Assembly (NCBI GenBank): GCA_037381445.1
Contig: JARRQT010000108.1
Location: 1 to 10,226, forward strand
From: Calditrichia bacterium
Lineage (GTDB): Bacteria; Calditrichota; Calditrichia; RBG-13-44-9
Reading direction: 5' to 3'
DNA: 10,226 nucleotides
The notes under the pieces were generated by a model, which was not told where the DNA came from, ran no database searches, and worked only from the letters and a program-made list of their open reading frames with translations. Each line of letters begins with the position of its first letter. Position 1 is the first letter of the stretch. Made by a program: the position numbers and the translations under genes. Positions 1 to 7,491 of the stretch are shown here, piece by piece.

Positions 1-489
1 GCGCCCGGTTCGGTTTGGCCTACAAAGCGCTGGCCGGCCGTATATTGGGGAAAGCTGATCGATAAATTTGCAGAAGAAGGATATGAGGTCATATTAATTG
101 GCTCAGCGCAGGACAGTTTTCTGGTGGAGGAGATTTCCGCCCACTGCAGTTCGGGCTTCCTTAACGGCATGGGCAGATTCACCCTGAGGCAGTCCGCAGA
201 ACTTATTCGTCGCTCTCAGATGCTGGTCAGCAATGACAGTGCTCCCACACATATGGGGGTGGCGGTCCGCAGCCGGGTATTGACGATTTTCGGCCCTACC
301 GTTCCCGCCTTCGGATTTTACCCGTATGGGGAAAAAGACCAGGTTGCGCAAATAGAGGGCCTCTACTGCCGACCCTGTTCCATTCATGGAACCCAAAAAT
401 GTCCGGAGGGCCATTTTAAATGTATGCTGACGCTGAAACCGGACATGGTGTTTAATATTGCCAGAAAGATGCTGAATGAATGTTCTTAA
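1..489 (+). CDS. Glycosyltransferase family 9 protein, ADP-heptose:LPS heptosyltransferase (WaaF/RfaF-like); 5'-truncated by the window edge
   Basis: Frame +1 is open from base 1 (APGSVWPTKRWP...), upstream of the listed ORF 124..489. It carries GT9 motifs PG-x4-KRW, LVSNDSAPTHMG and TIFGPT, plus a C-terminal CRPC-x7-C-x6-C cluster. Confidence 0.9.
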   Translation, partial: APGSVWPTKRWPAVYWGKLIDKFAEEGYEVILIGSAQDSFLVEEISAHCSSGFLNGMGRFTLRQSAELIRRSQMLVSNDSAPTHMGVAVRSRVLTIFGPTVPAFGFYPYGEKDQVAQIEGLYCRPCSIHGTQKCPEGHFKCMLTLKPDMVFNIARKMLNECS

Positions 490-1117
490 AATTAATGCCC
501 AAAATCCTGAGGCCTCGTCGATAGAAGAAGCGGTTAAGTCATTGAGGAATGAAGAGGTTATCATTCACCCCACAGAAACTGTGTATGGGCTTGCCTGCCT
601 TTCTAACAGCGAAAAAGCCTTAAATGGGGTGTTTGAGATCAAACAGCGTCCGCCGCAACAGCCTTTTTCCATTATGGTAAATAAAATAGATGATATTCTG
701 GAGATCAGCGGCGTCAATGCAGACTGGCTGCGTCCTTTTCTGGAAAAAATATTTCCCGGTGCGGTGACGGTTTTATTGCCCAGACGAAATCGATTGTTTC
801 CCGCCTTCTGGAACCAGTTTCCCTTAATCGGATTTCGTTTTCCGGACCATAAATTGTCAATGCGTTTGTTGAATGGAACAGATCTACCCATCATTACAAC
901 CAGCGCCAATTTGTCCGGAGGGCCTTCCCCGGGCAGCATAAGGGCGATTCCCGTTTCCGTGCTGGAAAAAGCTGCCCTTGTTTTAGATGGTGGCGAAACG
1001 GAGCATAAAATCCCTTCAACCATTATTCGGATTGATATTGATTGTAAAAATATTTCATTGGTCCGCCAGGGAGCATATTCTTTTGACAAAATTCAAAATT
1101 ATTTTGTAAACTCCTGA
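476..1117 (+). CDS. tsaC: L-threonylcarbamoyladenylate synthase, single-domain YrdC/TsaC type (t6A tRNA modification)
   Basis: 213 aa with YrdC/Sua5 motifs HPTETVYGL, KQRP, PGAVT, TTSANLSG and PSTII. There is no C-terminal SUA5 domain. It overlaps the GT9 gene by 14 nt, suggesting translational coupling. Confidence 0.93.
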   Translation: MNVLKINAQNPEASSIEEAVKSLRNEEVIIHPTETVYGLACLSNSEKALNGVFEIKQRPPQQPFSIMVNKIDDILEISGVNADWLRPFLEKIFPGAVTVLLPRRNRLFPAFWNQFPLIGFRFPDHKLSMRLLNGTDLPIITTSANLSGGPSPGSIRAIPVSVLEKAALVLDGGETEHKIPSTIIRIDIDCKNISLVRQGAYSFDKIQNYFVNS

Positions 1118-1180
1118 TCATTCCTTAAATTTCGCGTCGTTTCTATAACTGCAGGTTCTGTATGGAGGCAGAAAAATAAG

Positions 1181-1666
1181 ATGTTTAATGTTCTTTTTAT
1201 ATGCACGGCCAATGTATGTCGAAGTCCCATGGCTGAAGCAATTTTAGGCAAGAAAATAATTGATGAAAAGTTGGATGGCGCCATCGATTCTGATTCCAGC
1301 GGGACTTGGGCGGTCGACGGGCAGCCACCTTCCTCATTGACCATATCGGTTGCCAGGGAAAATGATCTGGATCTTTCCCGTCACCGTTCTCAGGCCATTA
1401 ATTTGCAGTTGATAAAATCGGCCGGTCTTATTTTATGCATGACGCCGCTTCACAAAAAGGATTTATTGAAGATATTTCCCCACTATGACACCAAGATTTT
1501 CACACTCAAAGAATATTTGAGAGAATATCCTCCTCAAAAGCAGGCGATAGATGATCCAATCGGAATGAATCTCAATTTCTACCGCCGGATCTTTCGGGAA
1601 ATTCATGAAGAGATCGATAGAATATGGCCGGAGATCAAAAGATTGGCCCTAAAAATCGAAGAATGA
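1181..1666 (+). CDS. Low-molecular-weight protein phosphatase (LMW-PTP / YwlE-like Tyr or Arg phosphatase)
   Basis: 161 aa with P-loop VLFICTANVCRSPMAE (C-x5-R-S), SSGT, DLSRHRSQ, ILCMT and general-acid DDP. A GGAGG lies at 1164-1168. Confidence 0.92.
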   Translation: MFNVLFICTANVCRSPMAEAILGKKIIDEKLDGAIDSDSSGTWAVDGQPPSSLTISVARENDLDLSRHRSQAINLQLIKSAGLILCMTPLHKKDLLKIFPHYDTKIFTLKEYLREYPPQKQAIDDPIGMNLNFYRRIFREIHEEIDRIWPEIKRLALKIEE

Positions 1667-1876
1667 TCTGCCCATATTCCTCTGTCTGATGTTTTCTACA
1701 ACCTTATTATGATCTCGGAATGGGATGAACTCTACGACTTTTTTTGCTTACACTATCTAATGCCTGATTCCGTTGAGTTAGCATAAAATGCGGATATCCC
1801 CCAAAATACATTTTGGCGAATGCGCTGCAAATATTTTCATTAGAAATTAAGCACCTTTGTTTATAAATTTTGGTTT

Positions 1877-2497
1877 ATGAAGGTATTCGCAAAGATAATA
1901 AAAGCCTTTTACGCCATCCTGTTTCCGATTGGAATTTTTGGATTTGGAAAAAGCATTCTTTCCGAACTCAGGGCTGCGAGTGATTATTCAACGCAATTTT
2001 TGAGTCTTCTTGCCGGAGGAAGGATTTTGTTTGTTTTATGGATTTTATATTTCTCTCGCCGCCGGGGCGTTTGGGGGAATTAGGAACATGATTCTGCTTC
2101 CCGAAAAAAGGGAGGTATCATCTCAATGGATGGCGGAAATGTGGTCATCGCGCTTGCTCCTTATTTTTTCCCCCTGGCTGCCATGACAATTCTCCTTCTG
2201 AAACCATTCATTTTATACCGCTTTCAGATATATCTCAATTTTTTTGTGGGATTTACATATCTTTTCCATTTGTTTAATCTTTTCAGAGAATTTCACCCGG
2301 GACAACCGGACCTGAAAAATTCCGGGCTTTTCTTCTCAATACTGATGGTTGCATTCTTTAACATCTTTTTTCTTGGGATAATTTTGGCCGCACTCCCCGG
2401 AAAATGGGTGGAAATTCAAAGCTTTTTGAATTCTGGATTCTCCGAGAGTTGCAGAGTGCTGATTTTTCTGTTCCGATCTGCCAGGACCGTCATTTGA
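1877..2497 (+). pseudogene. Disrupted polytopic membrane protein, probably M50-like/zincin HExxH metallopeptidase family
   Basis: ORFs 1877..2083 and 2126..2497 share one frame and are separated only by TAG (2081-2083); the read-through is WGN*EHDSASRKKGGIISMDGGNVVIALAPYFFP. The GG...N..IALAPYFFP...Q.DL pattern is one I associate with small HExxH membrane peptidases. Only 'EH' of the motif remains. The family call comes from pattern recognition, not a search. Confidence 0.55.
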
Positions 2498-2737
2498 GAT
2501 TCGCTTTTCACTGGAAAACATTGCGAAAACTTATTAAATTCCGAACATTGAAATGCGATCTTTTTTAATATGGAATATTTTCCGGCAGCAAAAATTAAGT
2601 GAACTAATCATTTAGAGCATTCTTTTACTGACCGGAATATCAATATGCTTCATTTCCAATTTCCATATGCAATTCAATAGCATAATTTAGGCGAAGCATA
2701 AACATTCTATTGCAATGCCAACTTAAAAGCACAGGTT

Positions 2738-2742
2738 AGGAG
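2738..2742 (+). promoter_or_regulatory. Shine-Dalgarno site of the efflux adaptor gene
   Basis: AGGAG lies 6 nt before TTG (2749) and 9 nt before ATG (2752). Confidence 0.6.
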
Positions 2743-2748
2743 AATCAT

Positions 2749-3957
2749 TTGATGAAACGGTTTTTTGTTTTGAGTGCAATTATCGCCACTTTTCTGCTTT
2801 TCGGTTGCGGCTCGAAATCCGGTAATAATGACAGTCAAAATTCGTCCAATCCTTCCGACTCAACGAACCAATCGCCGCCGGCCGGGCAGTTGGTGAAGGA
2901 GGGAGGGAATCCGGAAGATCCGGAGAATTCCGGTATTCCGGTGGAAGTAACACCCGTGGTGCGGGGAGACATATCCAATTTTCTCCTATATAATTCCACG
3001 CTTGAAACAGAACAAATGGCTGATATATTTTCCCGAATTTCCGGTCTGATCGTCAAGCTCTTTGTGGAAGAAGGAGACCATGTCAGAAAAAACCGACCTT
3101 TGCTGCAACTCGAACAGGATGAATACGTACTGGAGGAGCAGAAAGCCAAACTGCAATATGATAAACAGAAAACTGAATTTAAGCGATTTGAGGCCCTCAA
3201 GGAAAAAAATCTGATCAGTGAGGAAGAATTTGAAAATTCCAGACTTTCTCTGCGCCAGGCGGAACTGCAGTGGAAACAGGCAGAGCTCAACCTGGATTAT
3301 ACGATTATCCGTTCACCCATCAATGGCGTGATCGGGGAAAGGCTTGCCAGCGTGGGAGACCGGATTCAGCCCTCTACTCGGCTGTTTGTGGTATCCAATC
3401 TTGATGAGAAAGTGGCCAAAGTATTTGTTCCGCAGGATGAATTAAAAAACTGCTATTTGAACCAGGAAGCAGAAATCCGCAGCGATATATTACCTGATCG
3501 TTCCTTCAGCGGCTGGGTAAAACGGATTAGCCCCATCGTGGATCCCACCAGCGGGACATTTAAAGTTACTGCCGGTGTTAGAGATCCCAGGAATCTTTTA
3601 AGACCCGGCGTGTTCGTTAATGTTAAATTATTTGTCGATACCCATCAAAATGTGACCCTGGTTCCCAAAACCGCCCTCATTTATGAAAATGAACGCACTT
3701 ATTTTTTTGCGGTTGAAAATGACACAGTCCAAAAACTGGAGTTAAAGAAAGGTTTTGAAGATGCCGAGAAAGTCGAGGTCCTGAATCCCATTGAAAACGC
3801 AGCTTTCATTGTGATTGTTGGCCAGGAAGGGCTTAGTAATAGAAACAGGGTTAAAATTATCAATCAAAAAACATATCCCTGGCAAAAACCTTCTCTTGAA
3901 GAGGCAGGCCCGAAATCAAGTAAAAAAGCGACATCTGAAATCCGGGCGAGTAATTAG
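2749..3957 (+). CDS. RND efflux periplasmic adaptor subunit (membrane fusion protein), lipoprotein
   Basis: Signal peptide with lipobox LLFG-C (Cys codon at 2806) followed by a Ser/Asn/Pro-rich tether. MFP motifs include SRISGLIVKLFVEEGDHV (lipoyl half), a coiled-coil hairpin, IRSPINGVI, ISPIVDPTSGTFKV and LRPGVFV. The true start may be ATG 2752. Confidence 0.95.
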   Translation: MMKRFFVLSAIIATFLLFGCGSKSGNNDSQNSSNPSDSTNQSPPAGQLVKEGGNPEDPENSGIPVEVTPVVRGDISNFLLYNSTLETEQMADIFSRISGLIVKLFVEEGDHVRKNRPLLQLEQDEYVLEEQKAKLQYDKQKTEFKRFEALKEKNLISEEEFENSRLSLRQAELQWKQAELNLDYTIIRSPINGVIGERLASVGDRIQPSTRLFVVSNLDEKVAKVFVPQDELKNCYLNQEAEIRSDILPDRSFSGWVKRISPIVDPTSGTFKVTAGVRDPRNLLRPGVFVNVKLFVDTHQNVTLVPKTALIYENERTYFFAVENDTVQKLELKKGFEDAEKVEVLNPIENAAFIVIVGQEGLSNRNRVKIINQKTYPWQKPSLEEAGPKSSKKATSEIRASN

Positions 3958-4035
3958 CAATATCTATTGCGATCCGTTTTATAACGAAAGAAATTACCTG
4001 ACCAGCATTCAATAAAAAAGCAGCAGGTTGACACG

Positions 4036-7000
4036 ATGAACATTTCAGAACAGGATAGACACAGTTTTTTTAAGTTTACCACCACGCGTCCGGTGGCAAT
4101 TTTTATGATCGTTATTGGAATCATGGTCTTCGGATGGCTTTCCTATAATCAGTTGTCGTTGAATCTGATGCCGGACATCAGTTATCCCTCTCTCACGGTT
4201 CGCACGGAATATCCAGGAACCGCCCCGGAAGAAGTGGAAACCACCATTTCCCGGCCCGTTGAGGAGGCGCTGGGAGTAGTATCAAATCTGGTTTCCATAA
4301 GTTCGGTGTCGAAAGCGGGACAATCCGATGTAATCCTGGAATACAACTGGAATACCAACATGGATGATGCGATCGGTGAAGTCCGCGAAAAATTGGATCT
4401 GGTATTCCTTCCCGAGGACAGCAAAAAACCGATGATTCTGCGATATGACCCTTCACTGGATCCCATCATCCGGCTGGGGCTTACTGGAGGCCCGGATTTG
4501 TTTTACACCCGCTATGCGGCCGAAGAGCAGATCAAAAGAGAACTGGAAACGGTTGACGGTATTGCCTCCGTAAAGGTCAAAGGCGGATTGGAGGAAGAAA
4601 TCTGGGTGGAACTGGATGAGCGAAAAATCTCCCTGCTAGGTCTGGACATCCAGCAGGTCCGCCAGCGTCTGGCCCAGGAAAATGTAAATTTGGCGGGTGG
4701 CAATCTAAAGGAAGGGCAGACGGAGTATATTGTTCGCACGCTCAATGAGTTTAAGAGCGTTAGCGAGATCGGGAATATCCTGCTAAAATTGGGCAATAAC
4801 CGCGAGATACGGCTGAGCGACATCGGGCGCGTTTACCGGACCAACAAAGAGCGGCAGATCATTACCAGCCTGAATGGAAAAGAGAGCGTAGAGCTGGAAA
4901 TTTATAAAGAGGGTGATGCGAATATTGTTGAGGTTGCCAAAAGAGTGAGGGAAAAAATATTCGGAACGCCCGGCCAGCAGGCCTATGTGAAAAAACTGGA
5001 AGCCCGGGAAAAGGAATCCTATATCAGGAAAGTCGGGGAGGGCACTTCAAAATCGGCCGCAGCCGCCACAAACAGGAGCAATGATTTTCGTGAAAAGTTG
5101 CTGCAGCAGCAGATGACTAATTTTATCGATTACCATCTCCCCGAAGGCATGCACCTCAAATTATTGACCGATCAATCCGTTTTCATTAATAATTCAATAG
5201 ATGAGGTAAAGAACACGGCAGTTCTGGGCGGAATTCTGGCGGTGATTGTGCTGTTCTTCTTTCTGAATAATCTGCGGACAACCCTGATTGTCGGACTGTC
5301 AATTCCAATATCCATTATCGCGACTTTCGCAAGTATCTTCCGCTGCCGGGAGGAGGGAGATAACCTGGTAGATTCGGTTATCCGCGGGACCAGCGAAGTT
5401 GGAGCGGCTGTTACTGCTTCCACGCTTACTACAATTGCCGTTTTCTTTCCCATGGTTTTTGTAAAAGGAGTGGCTGGCCAGATTTTCGGCGACATGGCGC
5501 TTACCGTGGTGTTTTCTCTGCTTGCGTCTCTGGGCGTTGCCTTGTTCTTCATCCCCATGCTCGCTTCCCGTGATCTGAAAATCCATTCGCAGCTTTCCGG
5601 AAAAGAGACGCCTGCGGGCTTTTTAAAAAATTTGAAAGTATTTCTCAACTGAAGAGCAGTTACAGGAATTTCAAAATTACACTGAAACGCAGCTCCGGAA
5701 TAAAAAGAGTTCTACTGATTATTCTTCTTCCCATCTGGTTTGATTACGTTATTTTCCGATTTGTTGTGTTCTTCGCGCTCAATGTGTTCAGTAAATTGAT
5801 AACGTTGTTTCTTGTTCTGGCGGCAATATCCCTGAAAGTGATTTCCCTCGTGTATAAACATGTTCTGGCGCCCGGCCTGGGTTTCCTGATAAAACTTTTT
5901 GACAGGGGAATGCAGCGGGTATATGGGATTTATCCCCAAATTCTCGATTGGGCGTTGCTGAATAAAAGCAAAGCTATTTTTGGCGCGGTTATCCCGTTTT
6001 TACTGGTGGTATTGGTTGTTCTGCCCAATTTGGGGCGTGAGTTGATTCCCGAGGTGCACCAGGGCGAATTCAATGTGGAGATTACCCTTCCTGTGGGCAC
6101 TCCGGTAGAAAAAACCGTGGAGACCATCGCGCCGATTGAACGGTTCATCGTTAAAGAGTTAAAGAACCGGAAGTCCAACAGATCGCGACGGTTGCCGGTA
6201 TCGATTTGACGAAAATTACTGACAGTGAGGCAGGGGAGCATACCGCCCGCATCACTGTTACCCTGAAACAGACCCGAAATATTGCAAGAGCGGAAGAGCG
6301 CGCGATAAAGCGGATACGGCAGAATTTGCATAATAAGAGCGGAGTCAGCTACAAAATATCCCGTCCGGTTTTGTTCAGCTTTAAAACGCCGCTGGAAGTG
6401 GAAATCAAAGGATATAATCTCGATAAACTGACCTCCCTGAGCCGGATGGCTGTCAATCGTATTTCTGAAATTGCGGGGGTATTCGATGTAAAGTCAACGC
6501 TGCAGACCGGAAATCCGGAAGTGCAAATTATCTACGACCGGGACAGGCTTGCCTATTACCGGCTCAATATTCTGGATGTCGCCAATGTTGTTAGAAATAA
6601 GGTGCGGGGCGATGTGGCCACGCAGTTCAAAGAGGAAGACCGGCGGATTGATGTGCGGGTCAAGATCAGGGATGCCGATAAGGAAACAATCGAGCGACTG
6701 AAGCGGCTCAACGTTAACGCGACGGAAGACATCCCCATTCCGCTGCAAAGTGTGGCCAGAATTGATGTGCAGGAAGGGCCCAGCGAAATCCGGCGAATCA
6801 ATCAGCAGCGCTCTGCCGTCATCATGGCCAATATCTCCGGGCGGGATCTGATGGCTGTGAGCGGCGACGTCTACCATACGATGCAATCACTGAACATGCC
6901 TTCGGATTTTACATTCGATATCACCGGTCAAAATAAGGAAATGGATGTATCGCTGGGAAGTCTGCGCCTGGCCCTTCTGCTGGCAATCTTTATGGTTTAT

Positions 7001-7444
7001 ATCGTTATGGCTTCTCAATTTGAATCGTTCCTGCATCCGTTTGTCATTTTATTTACCGTACCCCTGGCGCTGATCGGTGTGGCGCTTGTTTTGTGGACAA
7101 TGGGAATCCCATTGAATGTGATGGTCTTTCTGGGAATGATTATGCTGGCGGGAATTGTGGTGAATAACGCCATTGTTTTGGTGGATTATATTAACCAATT
7201 GCGCAAGCGAGGTTTACGTAAGACTGAGGCCATCAAACAGGCCGGACAGGCCAGGCTGCGGCCAATCCTGATGACCAGCCTGACAACCGTTCTCGGCCTT
7301 CTTCCCATGGCACTGGGCCTGGGAGACGGAGCAGAAATCCGGACACCGATGGCAATTACCGTTATCGCCGGTCTTATCAGCGCCACGCTGCTGACTCTGG
7401 TGGTGATTCCAACGGTATACGCAATATTTGAAAAGGGGGAATAG
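4036..7444 (+). pseudogene. AcrB/AcrD/AcrF-family RND permease 1, interrupted by two frameshifts and an in-frame deletion (pseudogene or assembly error)
   Basis: Three consecutive ORFs (4036..5652 frame +1, 5766..6209 frame +3, 6206..7444 frame +2) are collinear pieces of one RND permease: RPVA...LMPDISYP...YPGTAPEEVE, ASTLTTIAVFFP, GRELIPEVHQGEF, MASQFES, ARLRPILMT, PMAITVIAGL. Repairing the three lesions gives about 1166 aa. Confidence 0.88.
6150..6165 (+). repeat. Exact 8-bp tandem duplication GTTAAAGA-GTTAAAGA
   Basis: Read directly from the sequence (6150-6157 and 6158-6165). It coincides with the frame +3 to +2 switch in permease 1. Confidence 0.9.
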
Positions 7445-7491
7445 CCGCTTGATTTCCACTGAAGCCGAAAAAAGCAAAAGGTCCATCATCC

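Noticed and set aside
1115..1117. Selenocysteine read-through of the tsaC TGA
   Set aside because: The YrdC domain is complete before the stop, this is not a catalytic Cys position, and no convincing SECIS-like hairpin follows.
1121..1149. Internal sigma70-like promoter TTCCTT-N17-TATAAC before the phosphatase
   Set aside because: The -35 match is poor and the -10 lacks the conserved final T, so it cannot be supported without TSS data.
2081..2083. TAG recoding (pyrrolysine or alternative genetic code)
   Set aside because: TAG ends the MFP (3955-3957) and RND1 (7442-7444) at their expected C-termini. No pyl genes are in the window, and the adjacent apparent deletion points to damage.
2500..2527. 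Hairpin TTCGC-TTTTC...GAAAA-CATT-GCGAA after the membrane protein gene as a terminator
   Set aside because: The stem is weak and bulged, with no following U-tract.
2498..2748. Riboswitch, ncRNA, sigma54 promoter or CRISPR-like repeats in the AT-rich region upstream of the efflux operon
   Set aside because: I found no GG-N10-GC consensus, stable structure or regularly spaced repeats. Only short motifs such as TTTCCA x2 and ATTGCAAT occur, as expected by chance.
3957..3986. Short dyads GCAATA-TC-TATTGC and CGTT-TTAT-AACG between the MFP and RND1
   Set aside because: They are too short and AT-rich to distinguish from chance, and there is no terminator U-tract.
4036..7444. Three independent genes forming a naturally split RND transporter
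   Set aside because: The breakpoints are explained by a homopolymer-containing frameshift window and an exact 8-bp duplication. The downstream pieces start at GTG/TTG without an SD, and coding-like sequence continues upstream of those starts.
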